From the NCBI GenBank assembly GCA_050950285.1, contig JBMNHG010000003.1, positions 740,337 to 804,336 of the forward strand: a DNA stretch of 64,000 nt, read 5' to 3'. Source of the stretch: Kiritimatiellia bacterium. GTDB lineage: Bacteria > Verrucomicrobiota > Kiritimatiellia > RFP12 > JBMNHG01. Under the pieces are notes generated by a model. It searched no databases and was not told the origin of the DNA. It saw only the letters and a program-made list of their open reading frames with translations. This document shows positions 1 to 10,148 of the stretch, piece by piece (the stretch's first letter is position 1; each line of letters opens with the position of its first letter). The position numbers were made by a program, and so were the translations under genes.

Positions 1-1872
1 TTCGCGGGGAACGCCTCGTTCTCCTTCCCCTTCTCGTTCGCGCCCGGCACAAGCCTCTGGATCAAGGCCGCCTGCGACATGGACCGCGACGGCGTGATCG
101 ACCCCGCGACCGAGCCGGTCTACGGGGCGCTGTTCCTGACGTTTTTCCCCCGGGTCTCCATCGAGATCGGCGACTTCGACGGGGACGGCGTGAACGACTG
201 GCTGGAGAACCAGTACGGCTCCAGCCCGACCAACCCCGCCTCCTGCCACGTCACGGTCGGCGGCGCCATCACCAACCTCTACTCGGACATCTTCACCAAC
301 CATGTGACCTGGGGCCTCTCCGCCTCCGGATGGAACGAATCCAACGCCGTCCGGATCGTGAAGGAGGGCGGTTTCCAATTCCCGTCCGTCCCCGCCAACA
401 GTGCGCGCTCCATCTACGTCAAGGCGTTCTGCGACCTCGACGGCGACGGCATCCGCGATGCCGCCACCGAGCCGCTCTATGTGGCCTGCGTGACGGATTT
501 CGCCAGACCGACCGTCTCGATCTGCATCAACGACTTCGACAGGGACGGCGTGCCCGACAACGAGGAGGTCGCCGAGGGCACCGATCCCGCCGACGGCAAC
601 AACTACTGCTTCTCCGCCAGCGGCGTCTTCACCAACAAGCTGTGGCTGGAGACCGACGTCCGGCTCGCGTTCGAGCGGGTTGAGGATACCGTCGTCACGA
701 CGCTGGTCGACTTCGCGCCGACGAACGGCCCCTTCGCCCTGCCCCACGTGTCCACGACCGTGCCGGTTGCATGGCGCCTGCGATGCTACAACGACGACGA
801 CGGCGACCACGCCTGCGGCACCAACGAGTTCTGCCACATGTGCCTCCTGGTGCGCCGGCACCACGACGTCCGGTGCAACATCACGGTGGACGACCGGACC
901 TTCGACACGGACGGGGACGGCATGTCCGACCTGTGGGAGAGGCTCTACGACGCCGTCGCCATCGGCGTCCCAGACGCGCTGGAAGACCCCGACGGCGACC
1001 TGCTCGTCAATCTCCACGAATGCTGGAGCGGGACGGACCCCGGCATCGCCGACGTCACCACCAACACCAGCGCGCTGGCCAACGCCGCCTTCGCCATCGA
1101 CAGCCGCATCGCGGGCAAGGATCCGGCCGTCGCCCTGCCGCTCTTCGAGAACTACCTCGCCAACGGGGCCGACGGCGTCTTCCTCCGCAACACCAACTGC
1201 TGGGCCGCAGATCTCGATTTGACCTGCTGCAGCCCGTGGAACAGCTGCGAAAACAACGAGAAAGCCGGTACGCTCATCAGCCCGCGGCATGTCCTCTTCG
1301 CGGCGCACCATGCATTGCCGGCGGGCTGCTTCGTATACTTCGTCGACCGCCAGAACAACGTCATCACGCGGAAACTCGTGGCGAAGAGACAGCATCCCCG
1401 CTACTCTGGCCCTTCAATGCACGCTTATGATATTACCGTGGGCCTGCTTGATGCCGATGTGCCGACGAACCAGATCTCGTTTGCCAGGGTGCTTCCGGAC
1501 AATTACGCCGACTATATCCGCACCGGGGCGCGTCTTCCCGCCATACGTCTCGACCAGGAGGAGAAGGCGCTGGTCGGTGATTTGTGGAATGTAACGGCAA
1601 GTGATCCACGAGGGACCTCCAAATTCCAGTCCCCCGCAGACCCCTCCAGATATTCGTTCTATGAGCGCGTCATCGGTGGCGACTCGGGCAATCCCGCTTT
1701 GATTGTGGTTTCTGGCGAACCGGTTTTGCTTACGGTGTGGACTTTTGGGGAGGCAGGCTCCGGCACCTCCGTGACCGCCTTCAAGGCCGACATCAACCGG
1801 TTGATGTCCGATCTCGGCGGCGGCTACCGGCTTACCGAGGCGGATCTCACCGGCTTCACCCCGCTTCCGTGA
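1..1872 (+). CDS. Large secreted protein (5'-partial) with DxDxDG Ca-binding repeats and a C-terminal trypsin-like serine protease domain
   Basis: Frame is open from base 1. Repeated DxDGDG motifs; catalytic triad motifs GTLISPRHVLFAAHH, DITVGLLD and GGDSGNP. Confidence 0.8.
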   Translation, partial: FAGNASFSFPFSFAPGTSLWIKAACDMDRDGVIDPATEPVYGALFLTFFPRVSIEIGDFDGDGVNDWLENQYGSSPTNPASCHVTVGGAITNLYSDIFTNHVTWGLSASGWNESNAVRIVKEGGFQFPSVPANSARSIYVKAFCDLDGDGIRDAATEPLYVACVTDFARPTVSICINDFDRDGVPDNEEVAEGTDPADGNNYCFSASGVFTNKLWLETDVRLAFERVEDTVVTTLVDFAPTNGPFALPHVSTTVPVAWRLRCYNDDDGDHACGTNEFCHMCLLVRRHHDVRCNITVDDRTFDTDGDGMSDLWERLYDAVAIGVPDALEDPDGDLLVNLHECWSGTDPGIADVTTNTSALANAAFAIDSRIAGKDPAVALPLFENYLANGADGVFLRNTNCWAADLDLTCCSPWNSCENNEKAGTLISPRHVLFAAHHALPAGCFVYFVDRQNNVITRKLVAKRQHPRYSGPSMHAYDITVGLLDADVPTNQISFARVLPDNYADYIRTGARLPAIRLDQEEKALVGDLWNVTASDPRGTSKFQSPADPSRYSFYERVIGGDSGNPALIVVSGEPVLLTVWTFGEAGSGTSVTAFKADINRLMSDLGGGYRLTEADLTGFTPLP

Positions 1873-1899
1873 CACGAAACACTGAAGAAGGAGTCTCCC

Positions 1900-2544
1900 A
1901 TGAAACGATGCAGAAAACTCCGATGCGCCGCTTTTGCTCTGCCCCTGTTTCTGGCGACAGCCGCGCCCGCCGCGACGGTCGTGTGGGGCGCCGTTCAATT
2001 TGAATCCTGTGAGCTCCACGACGAGTTCCTCGACATAACCCATGCAATCGGATCGGACATATCCCCAGGCGGCGGTACGGGTGTTTTGCTTGAAGTTGTA
2101 CGCGGCCCTCGTTTGAAGGCCACCTTGCATGCGCGTGGTGTGACGGTCGGCATCCGCCACTGGTGGTTCGAGACGCAATACGGCGCCGCCTTGGACGCCT
2201 CGGCCATGGTGGATGCCGATTATTTGGTCAACACGGACCCGATGGAATTAGGCTCGATCGAAATGCCTTACAACCGGATCTTTTATCTTGGGTTCCGGCT
2301 GGCCGGGGGCGGCGCGGACTATACGAAGTACATCTACGGCTGGGCCTCGCTGCTTTGGAACGGCACGGATCTGGTGCTGGTCGACAGCGCGGCGGAGACG
2401 ACCGGAGCGGGCATCTATGCCGGCACGTACAATGCGATCCCCGTCCCCGAGCCGTCGGTGGCGGGATTGCTGCTGGTTGGTGCCGGCGTCGTGCTGCTTC
2501 ATCGGCGAAAAGCGACAGCCGCACGAAGAAGGAGCCTTCCATGA
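1900..2544 (+). CDS. PEP-CTERM sorting domain protein, paralog 1
   Basis: Signal peptide; C-terminal VPEPS, hydrophobic helix and basic tail; AGGAG RBS. Confidence 0.88.
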   Translation: MKRCRKLRCAAFALPLFLATAAPAATVVWGAVQFESCELHDEFLDITHAIGSDISPGGGTGVLLEVVRGPRLKATLHARGVTVGIRHWWFETQYGAALDASAMVDADYLVNTDPMELGSIEMPYNRIFYLGFRLAGGGADYTKYIYGWASLLWNGTDLVLVDSAAETTGAGIYAGTYNAIPVPEPSVAGLLLVGAGVVLLHRRKATAARRRSLP

Positions 2545-3155
2545 AACGATGCAGAAAACTCCGATGCGCCGCTTTTGCTCTGCCCCTGCTTCTGGCGACA
2601 GCCGCGCCCGCCGCGACGGTCGTATGGGGCGCCGTCACGCTGGGCCCCAGTTATTGGCCCCAGTCAACCCATAGCCTTGCATCGGAAATATCTCCAGGCG
2701 GCGGCGCCGGCGTTTGGCTTGAAATCGTACGTGGCCCTCGTTTAAAGGCTTCCTTGCAGGCAACCGACATAACGGTCGGCATCCGCCACTGGTGGTTCGA
2801 GACGCAATACGGCGCCGCCTTGGACGCGTCGGCCATGGTGGATGCCGATTATTTGGTCAACACGGACCCGATGGAATTAGGCTCGATCGAGATGCCTTAC
2901 AACCGGATCTTTTATCTTGGGTTCCGGCTGGCCGGGGGCGGCGCGGACTATACGAAGTACATCTACGGCTGGGCCTCGCTGCTTTGGAACGGCACGGATC
3001 TGGTTCTGGTCGACAGCGCGGCGGAGACGACCGGAGCGGGCATCTATGCCGGCACGTACAATGCGATCCCCGTCCCCGAGCCGTCGGCGGCGGGATTGCT
3101 GCTGGTTGGTGCCGGCGTCGTGGCCCTCCATCGCAGGCACGCGCGGAGGGCTTGA
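2541..3155 (+). CDS. PEP-CTERM sorting domain protein, paralog 2
   Basis: ATG at 2541 overlaps the paralog-1 stop (ATGA); same architecture with VPEPSAAGLLLVGAGVVALHRR. Confidence 0.88.
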   Translation: MKRCRKLRCAAFALPLLLATAAPAATVVWGAVTLGPSYWPQSTHSLASEISPGGGAGVWLEIVRGPRLKASLQATDITVGIRHWWFETQYGAALDASAMVDADYLVNTDPMELGSIEMPYNRIFYLGFRLAGGGADYTKYIYGWASLLWNGTDLVLVDSAAETTGAGIYAGTYNAIPVPEPSAAGLLLVGAGVVALHRRHARRA

Positions 3156-3196
3156 CGCATTCCCGTCCGCCAAGCCGTGGCGCACGGTGTTGGTGG

Positions 3197-3943
3197 TCAG
3201 TCGCCCATGCGGGCGCGGAGGAGGGCTTCGACCTTTCCGGCGTCTTCGGGGGTGTCGACGCCCAGGCCGGCCTGTCCGGTGCGGAGGACGGCGATGCGGG
3301 CGCCCATGTGGAGGGCGCGGAGTTGTTCGAGCGATTCGGTTTTCTCGAGGGCGCAGGGGGGCTCGGCCACCATCTTCCGCAGGAAGTCGCCGCGGTAGGC
3401 GTAGATGCCGATGTGGCGGAGGTAGAGGCCGGAGGAGAGGTCGGGGTTGCCGTCGCGCCGGCAGGGGATGGGCAGGCGCGAGAAGTAGAGGGCGCCGTCG
3501 TCGCGATCCACGACCACCTTCACCACGGTGCGGGACTGGAGGTCTTCCAGGGAGGTGACGGGCGTGGCGGCGGTGGCCATCGACCAGCGGGGGTCGGCGG
3601 CGAGGCGGTCGGCGAGGGCGTCGATCAGGGCGGGGTCGATGAGCGGTTCGTCGCCCTGGATGTTGATGACGATGTCGTCCGGTGCGGGGTTCGCGGCGCA
3701 GGCCACGCGGTCGGTTCCGGAGGGGAGGTCCGGGGGAGTCATCACGGCGGTGGCGCCGGCGGCGGCGGCGGCGGCGGCGATGCGCCCGTCGTCCGTGGCG
3801 ACGATGACGCCGTCGAGCCGCCGGGCGCGCTTCGCGGCGTCGACGACCCACGCGACGAGCGGGCGTCCGCAGAGGGGGTGGAGGGGCTTTCCGGGGAAGC
3901 GGGTGGAGCCGTAGCGGGAGGGGATGACGCCGAGGATGCGCAT
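3197..3943 (-). CDS. kdsB: 3-deoxy-manno-octulosonate cytidylyltransferase
   Basis: MRILGVIPSRYGSTRFPGKPL, SGTDR, INIQGDEP, HIGIYAY, LEQLRAL. Confidence 0.95.
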   Translation of the reverse strand: MRILGVIPSRYGSTRFPGKPLHPLCGRPLVAWVVDAAKRARRLDGVIVATDDGRIAAAAAAAGATAVMTPPDLPSGTDRVACAANPAPDDIVINIQGDEPLIDPALIDALADRLAADPRWSMATAATPVTSLEDLQSRTVVKVVVDRDDGALYFSRLPIPCRRDGNPDLSSGLYLRHIGIYAYRGDFLRKMVAEPPCALEKTESLEQLRALHMGARIAVLRTGQAGLGVDTPEDAGKVEALLRARMGD

Positions 3944-3957
3944 GGGGTTCCGTCCTT

Positions 3958-4965
3958 CTAGGATTCGGGGGATTCGAGGATTTCGCGGATGGTGTAGATC
4001 GGCTTCTCCTGCGATTCGTAGTAGGTGCGGGTGTTGAGCTCGGCGTTGAGGCCCATGATGATGAACTGCAAGGCAAAGCCGAGGAACATGAAGGGCGCGA
4101 TCACCCAGAAGGGGCGCTTGACGAGGAGTTCCGTGCCGAACCAGGGGTTCACGCCAAAGGCATGGAGGAGTCCTTCGAGGCCGACCACGCCGAGCATCAG
4201 CAGCCCGAGGATCAGGAACTTGGCGCCGATCTTGCCGAAGAGGTGCATGGGCTTGGCGCTGTACTTGAGGAGGAACTTCATGGTGAAGGTGTCCAGCACC
4301 ACGCGCGGGATGCGGGCGAGGCCGAATAGGGCGGCGTACTTCGAGGTGCCGTACTGCCGGGGGTGGTGGCGGACGGGCATCTCGACGATCTTGCCGCCGA
4401 CCCACGCGGCGTGCGCGATCACGAAGCGGTGCATTTCGCCGTAGAGGTGGAAGCCCTTGATGACTTCGCGCTTGTAGGCTTTGAGCGAGCAGCCGTTGTC
4501 GTGGATGGGCAGGTCGAGGTACCAGGCGATGAACTTGTTCATGAGCCGCGAGGGGAAGGTGCGGACGAACGAATCCTTGCGGTCTTTGCGCCAGCCGCTC
4601 ACGATGTCCGCGTTTTCGCGCTCCATGAGGTCGAGCACGGCGGGGATGTCGGCGGGGTCGTTCTGGAGGTCGGCATCCATGGTGACGACGATGCGGCCGC
4701 GCGAGAGTTCGAAGCCGGCGGTAAGGGCGGCGGTTTGGCCGAAGTTGCGGCGGAAGCGCACCAGTTTGAGGCAGGGGTACGTCTTGGCCTGTTCGACGAG
4801 CACCTCCCACGAGCGGTCCTTCGACCCATCGTCCACGAGCAGCACCTCGTAGCTTTTCCCGAGCGGCGCGAGGACCTCGTGCAAGGCCTTGCACAGCGGC
4901 GGAATGGACTCTTCCTCGTTGTAGATGGCGACGGCGACGGACAGATCGACAAGTTCTTCGGACAT
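3958..4965 (-). CDS. Family 2 glycosyltransferase (ArnC/DPM1-like, two C-terminal TM helices)
   Basis: YNEE, VDDGSKD, RNFGQTAA, MDADLQNDP motifs. Confidence 0.9.
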   Translation of the reverse strand: MSEELVDLSVAVAIYNEEESIPPLCKALHEVLAPLGKSYEVLLVDDGSKDRSWEVLVEQAKTYPCLKLVRFRRNFGQTAALTAGFELSRGRIVVTMDADLQNDPADIPAVLDLMERENADIVSGWRKDRKDSFVRTFPSRLMNKFIAWYLDLPIHDNGCSLKAYKREVIKGFHLYGEMHRFVIAHAAWVGGKIVEMPVRHHPRQYGTSKYAALFGLARIPRVVLDTFTMKFLLKYSAKPMHLFGKIGAKFLILGLLMLGVVGLEGLLHAFGVNPWFGTELLVKRPFWVIAPFMFLGFALQFIIMGLNAELNTRTYYESQEKPIYTIREILESPES

Positions 4966-5046
4966 GGACGTGCTCCGGATGGAAGGTGAAGTCCCGTGCA
5001 GGATAGCACGAACGGCGGAAATCCGCCCGGACGAAATGCGGGGGCG

Positions 5047-8000
5047 TCAGAGTTCGTCGGCGAGGCGGCGGAAGTAGGCGGGGAGGAGCTCCTCGTAGCC
5101 CGGCGGGACGTCGTCCTGGAGGGTGGACCACAGTTCGGCGGCCTCCTTGCGGGGGAGCGCGCCTCGTTCGCGGCGCGCCGCGGCGGCGGCGGCGATGCTG
5201 CCGCGGGCCTCGCGCAGCGAATCGACGGCCTCGTCGAAGGAGCGGCGGATGGCGCCGCCTTCGCCCGCCCTCGCGAGGGTCTCGACCTCGCGCATGCGGC
5301 GCACGGCCTGCTCGACGTCGCCCGACGGCATGCCGTAGGCGCGCAGGTGCAGGCTCAGCCGTTCGGCCGCCTGGCGGATCTCCATCTGTCGTCCGGCGAG
5401 GCGTTCGAGCCCTTGGAGGCGCGGCGCCGGGGAGGGGCCCCGCAATCCCTCGCCCGCGAAGCCGGCGAGCTTGCCTCCGCCCGTGGCGCCTCCGGGGGAC
5501 AGGGTGGAGCGGTCGTCCACGCTGCCGGTCTCGAAGGGCGTGGCGGCGAGGCGCGAGGGGGTTGGACGGCCGTTCTTGCCCTCGGCGGCGGATTCGACCA
5601 TCTGCCCCTGGCTGCGTCCCGTGCGCCCTTCGCCGGAGCGGCCGCCGATTTCCATCTGGTTGGGGAGCAGGTTCCCGGTGACGCCCTTGGCGCCCATGCT
5701 GGAGATGGGGCCGTCCATGGCGTCCCATCCGGCGCCCTTGTCGATGGAGTCGATCCAGGCGCTGGTCGCGTCCTCCACGTCCTCGGTCATGGCCTCCTCC
5801 TCGTCGAGCAGTTCGCCGACGATGTCTTCCAGTTCGCCGGGGAGGTCGGCGAGCGGCGCGTCGGGGGTGGTGGGGGGATCTTCCATGAGCCATTTGAGGT
5901 AGTCGGGCTTGTCGGCGAGCCATCGTTCGAGGTTGTGGAGGATGCGTTCGGCGTTTTCGAGGCCGGACTGCTCCATCGGCACGGCGAGTTCGATCTTCTT
6001 TTCGTAGAGGGCGGCGGCGGCCTTGGCGACCTCCTGGTAGACCTCGTTGAACTCGTCGGCGAGGGAGCCGTCGGCGAAGTCCTGGAGGGGGTTGCGGCTG
6101 AGGTCGTCCACCTTGTCGCGGAGGAGGGCGGCGAGTTCGGCCTCTTCGCGGGCGAGGCGGCCGAGGATGTCTTCCTCTTCTTCGGAGAGGTCGTCGGGGC
6201 CGCGTTCGAGGAGGGAGCGGGACTGTTCGACGATGCGCTTCTGGACGGCGGTGAAGTCGCGGAGGAGGGCGCGCAGGTCGCGGGCCTGGTCGTCGCGTGT
6301 GGCGGCGGGGGCGGGCGGCGCGCCGTTTGCGGGGTCGCGGCGGTCGCGCTCGCGGGCCGAGGAGGAGCCGAGCAGGGCGAGGAGTCCGTCGAGGATGCGC
6401 TGCTGGCGTCCGTCGAGGGTGGCGATGAGGCGTTCGAGCGAATCGCGCGGCGCGCCGTTTTCCGCGAGGCGCGCCGCATCGTCGAGGGCGAGGCCCATTT
6501 CGCCTTCGACCAGGGCGTCGAGGCGGTCTGCGGCGGAGGCGGGGAGGGAGTCGTCGAGGGCGGCGCGGGCGGTGCGCCCGTGTTCGCGGGCCTTCGCCTG
6601 CGCCGCGGCGATGGCGTCGCGGTGGGCCGGGAGGTTGCCGCCGGCGACGGCTTCGCCGAGGTGGAGGCCGAGGTTGCGCGTGAGGCCGAGGGCGCGCCGT
6701 TGTTCGGCGATGGCGCGCTGGAGGGCGGCGGCGGCGGGGGAGGCGGTTGCGTCGGCCTCGCGGGCGGAACGGATGCGGAGCACGACGGGTTCGGCGCGCC
6801 CGGCGGGGGCGTCGCCGCCGGGGCGTCCGTCGCGGGCGACGGCCTCGAGGATGTAGACGCCGCCGGGTTCGAAGCGGGCGGGGTCGAGCACGAGGCGGAG
6901 GCGTTCCCGCACTTCGCCGCGGCGCCCGGGCGGGCCCTCGTAGCTCCATTCGCGGAGGAGGCCGGGCGCGGCGGAGGCGTCTGCGGCGGGGCGGGAGGTC
7001 ACGCGCATCGAGCGGAGGCCGTGGTCGTCGGAGGCGACGAGGTCGAGATCGAGCGTTTCGCCGGGCCAGGCCCGCCGGTTGCGCGAGTCGGTGTCGAAGC
7101 GCACGGAGGGGACGGCGTCGGGGAGGAGGGCGACGGAGCCTCGGGCGAGGACGCCGGCGGCGGGGTCGTCCGGATGGGAGCGGGCTTCGATCGCGTAGGG
7201 GCCGGAGGCCTCCACGGGGAATTCGCAGCGCCAGGCGTGCGGCGCGCCGCCGGTCTTTTGGAGGGGGATTCCGGTGTCGTTGAAACGCCACGCGGGCCGG
7301 ACGGGCTCGCGGTCGAAGGCGATGGAGAGCGTTACATGCGATCCCGCGATGGCGGACAGGGCGGCGGGCGGGCCGGGGCGTTCGAAGGGGGCTTCGGCGA
7401 GGTAGCCGGGCGGGGTGACGCGGAAGACGGCGGAGGCGATGCGCGGGAGGCGGCGCACCTCCACGCGGAGGGCGGCGGAGACGTCTTCGTCGCAGGCGGC
7501 GCGGCAGGCGAAGGACTCGCGGATGTTCTCGAAGGCATGGGTGTAGACGCCGGGTTCGGAGGGGTCGGGGGCGAGCGGGATTTCCGGGGCGTTGGGGTCG
7601 CGGGCGGCGGTATCGGCGGACCCCAGGCGCAGGACGGGCGTGGAGGGTGGCGCGGGGGGAGGGCGTCCCGTGGCGGGGTCGACGAGGGAGAGGCGCACGG
7701 CGAGGGAGGCGCCTTCGGCCACCTGCACGGCGCCGGCGGGGTCGAGCAGGAGGGAGAGGTTGCCGGCGGGCGGGATGTCCGCGAGAGGGCGGGCGAAGCG
7801 GGCGAAGGCGTTCGCGGCATGCCGCGGGCAGAGCCCCGCGTAGAGTCCCCAGGCGAGGGCGGCTGCGGCGGCGAAGGCGGCGAAACGGGCGAGGGGGATG
7901 CGGTCCAGGAGCGTGTCGCGCGGGATTTTGGCGGCGCGCCGCGCGGCGTCGTCGAGCGTGCGGGCGGTGAAGGCGGCCGCGGTCTCCGGGGCGTTGCGCT

Positions 8001-8361
8001 GCGTTGGCGCGGCCTCCGCGGCGAGGCGTTCGAACTGGCAGGCGTTGATGAGCAGGTTGTCGCCCATGCCGAGGTGTTCCTCGAGCTCGCGGGCGGTGCG
8101 TTGCGGGTTCAGGCGCCAGAGGGAGGGGCGCAGCACGCCGCGCGCCAGGAGGAAGAGGGGGAGGGCGACGCCCGCCGCGCCGAGGGCGAGGCGTGCGCCG
8201 GAGGGGAGGCGGAGGAGGTTGTCCAGGGCGAAGCAGACGAGCCAGAGGGCCAGCGTGGCGCCGAGGAGGCGGAGCACGCCCAGCGCCAGCCGTCCGCGCC
8301 GCGCGGCGCGGGCGAAGGCTTCGAGTTTTCCGGCGAGGGGGGTGGACGGGCAGGGAGGCAT
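5047..8361 (-). CDS. Large membrane-anchored protein with Ig-like region and acidic coiled-coil C-terminus (DUF4175-like)
   Basis: C-terminal part of the 1949-aa ORF; N-terminal TM helices, ASDDHGL motif, ends VPPGYEELLPAYFRRL. Start codon inferred. Confidence 0.7.
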   Translation of the reverse strand: MPPCPSTPLAGKLEAFARAARRGRLALGVLRLLGATLALWLVCFALDNLLRLPSGARLALGAAGVALPLFLLARGVLRPSLWRLNPQRTARELEEHLGMGDNLLINACQFERLAAEAAPTQRNAPETAAAFTARTLDDAARRAAKIPRDTLLDRIPLARFAAFAAAAALAWGLYAGLCPRHAANAFARFARPLADIPPAGNLSLLLDPAGAVQVAEGASLAVRLSLVDPATGRPPPAPPSTPVLRLGSADTAARDPNAPEIPLAPDPSEPGVYTHAFENIRESFACRAACDEDVSAALRVEVRRLPRIASAVFRVTPPGYLAEAPFERPGPPAALSAIAGSHVTLSIAFDREPVRPAWRFNDTGIPLQKTGGAPHAWRCEFPVEASGPYAIEARSHPDDPAAGVLARGSVALLPDAVPSVRFDTDSRNRRAWPGETLDLDLVASDDHGLRSMRVTSRPAADASAAPGLLREWSYEGPPGRRGEVRERLRLVLDPARFEPGGVYILEAVARDGRPGGDAPAGRAEPVVLRIRSAREADATASPAAAALQRAIAEQRRALGLTRNLGLHLGEAVAGGNLPAHRDAIAAAQAKAREHGRTARAALDDSLPASAADRLDALVEGEMGLALDDAARLAENGAPRDSLERLIATLDGRQQRILDGLLALLGSSSARERDRRDPANGAPPAPAATRDDQARDLRALLRDFTAVQKRIVEQSRSLLERGPDDLSEEEEDILGRLAREEAELAALLRDKVDDLSRNPLQDFADGSLADEFNEVYQEVAKAAAALYEKKIELAVPMEQSGLENAERILHNLERWLADKPDYLKWLMEDPPTTPDAPLADLPGELEDIVGELLDEEEAMTEDVEDATSAWIDSIDKGAGWDAMDGPISSMGAKGVTGNLLPNQMEIGGRSGEGRTGRSQGQMVESAAEGKNGRPTPSRLAATPFETGSVDDRSTLSPGGATGGGKLAGFAGEGLRGPSPAPRLQGLERLAGRQMEIRQAAERLSLHLRAYGMPSGDVEQAVRRMREVETLARAGEGGAIRRSFDEAVDSLREARGSIAAAAAARRERGALPRKEAAELWSTLQDDVPPGYEELLPAYFRRLADEL

Positions 8362-8387
8362 GGTCTGGGACGGCGCGCGCCGCCGCG

Positions 8388-10055
8388 TCAGTCGGGGTCC
8401 GGGATGGCGTGGAAGGCCTGTTCCCACGTGGGCGCGAGGAAGCCGGGCACGCCTTCGAGGTCGATCGCGACGTCGATGCGGGGCTGCACGGGGCGTGCGG
8501 GGTCGGTGGAGACGAAGCGGGTGGCGCTGGCCACCTCGAGGCGGAGGAACCAGATGCGGCCGTCGAGGTGTTCCGGCACGTCGATGGCCTGGGTGAAGCC
8601 TCCGGCGCCGGCGGCCTGGAACGAGCGGAGGATGCGGTCGGGCGCCTGCACGTCCACCTGGACCACCTGCCCGGGGTCGCCCGTGGCGGCGCGCACGGCG
8701 AAGCGGCGCGTGCCGGCGGGCACCTTGAAGAACCAGTGGCGGGCGATGCCCACCTGCAGGCCGAAGCGCGAGCCGTCGCCATGCGGGGCGCCTTCGAGCG
8801 CCATCGGCACCATCGGCTCGCACCAGGCGAACCACTCGCCGGCGTCCACGAGCATGCGCGAGACGCCGCCGGCGGATTCGGGCAGGAAGACGCGCGCGCT
8901 GTCGCGGTGGGCGAAGGCGGTGGCCTCGTCGAGCGTCTTCGAGCCGTCGGGAGACGCCCAGCGGAAGCGCACGGGCATGCGCTCCTTCTCGTTCACGATG
9001 TAGCTGCAGACGCCGAACTGGAGGGCGCGGCCTTCGGGGTTGACGAGGCGGATCGCGGCGGGGCCGCGCATTCCGGTGTAGTCTTCGTCGCCCAGGAAGG
9101 TGCAGGGCGTCCAGAGGTAGTGGTCGCGGCTGAGGAGGGCGCCATCCGGCCCGGTTTCCGTGCAGAAGCGGTCGAGCGCGCGGATTTGCGAGGCGTCGTA
9201 GACCATGGGGGCGGGGGCTTCGCCCGTGCGCGGATCGAACCACTGCTCGGGCGAAGGGGCGTAGTAGGGGGGGATTCCGCCGCCCACCATCACCTGCAGG
9301 TCGGAGTAGTTGTGGGAGTCGCCGCCGCAGGCCCAGAAGGACCAGAAGCGGCCTGCCGTTCCGGGATCGGTCTCGATGGCCTGCGAGACCGCGTAGGCCG
9401 CTTCGGGCTCGCCGTTCCCCATGGCGAGCGGCTTGCCGCCGAAGAGGGCCGCCATGCGCTGTCCCCGCGGGCTCATCACGAAGAGCCCGTAATCTTCGCG
9501 GTGGCTTTGGAACGGGAAGACGGTGTGCTTCACCTCGAAGCGCCCCGTGTCCCGGGGCACGAAGAAGTACCAGCGGCGCGGCGCCATCGCGTGGAGGTTG
9601 AAGGTGCGGTGGGCCCAGGCGTCCTGGTCCGCGGGATCGCGGGGCTCCCAGTCGCCGCGTTCGACCACCATCTGGTCGAGGGAGCATTCCACCCAGGTGA
9701 GGTCGTACCCGCTGCCCCGGACGAGCAGGCGGTAGACGCCCCGGGCGCCTGCGGGGACGGCGAGGACGGCCGAGGCCTTGCCGGAGGGGATGGCGCCCTC
9801 GGCGGCGGCCGTCCCGTCCGGCGCCTCGACGCGGATCGCGTAGTCGCCGGCGTTGCCCCAGTCGGTCGCCCAGACGTGGCGGTGGACGGTCACGGTGAAA
9901 GCCACGCCCTGCGGGTTGTTCATGTGGATGGGCGGGGTGTGCTTGAGGAAGTGGCCGGCGTCGCCGATCCACGAGGCGGCCCGCGAGGGGGCGGCGGGCG
10001 CCAGGGCCAGCGCGAGGGCGGCCAGGGCGGGCAGGAGGTTCGGCAGGGATTTCAT
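8388..10055 (-). CDS. Hypothetical secreted protein
   Basis: Signal peptide MKSLPNLLPALAALALALAPAA; natural amino-acid composition over ~555 aa. Confidence 0.75.
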   Translation of the reverse strand: MKSLPNLLPALAALALALAPAAPSRAASWIGDAGHFLKHTPPIHMNNPQGVAFTVTVHRHVWATDWGNAGDYAIRVEAPDGTAAAEGAIPSGKASAVLAVPAGARGVYRLLVRGSGYDLTWVECSLDQMVVERGDWEPRDPADQDAWAHRTFNLHAMAPRRWYFFVPRDTGRFEVKHTVFPFQSHREDYGLFVMSPRGQRMAALFGGKPLAMGNGEPEAAYAVSQAIETDPGTAGRFWSFWACGGDSHNYSDLQVMVGGGIPPYYAPSPEQWFDPRTGEAPAPMVYDASQIRALDRFCTETGPDGALLSRDHYLWTPCTFLGDEDYTGMRGPAAIRLVNPEGRALQFGVCSYIVNEKERMPVRFRWASPDGSKTLDEATAFAHRDSARVFLPESAGGVSRMLVDAGEWFAWCEPMVPMALEGAPHGDGSRFGLQVGIARHWFFKVPAGTRRFAVRAATGDPGQVVQVDVQAPDRILRSFQAAGAGGFTQAIDVPEHLDGRIWFLRLEVASATRFVSTDPARPVQPRIDVAIDLEGVPGFLAPTWEQAFHAIPDPD

Positions 10056-10148
10056 GGGCGGCCTTTCGATGCGGGGCACACGTGACGGCGGCGCGCCGCG
10101 AAGGGGCGCCGTCCGCCGGATTCGTTCTGCGGGCGTCCCGCCATGGGA

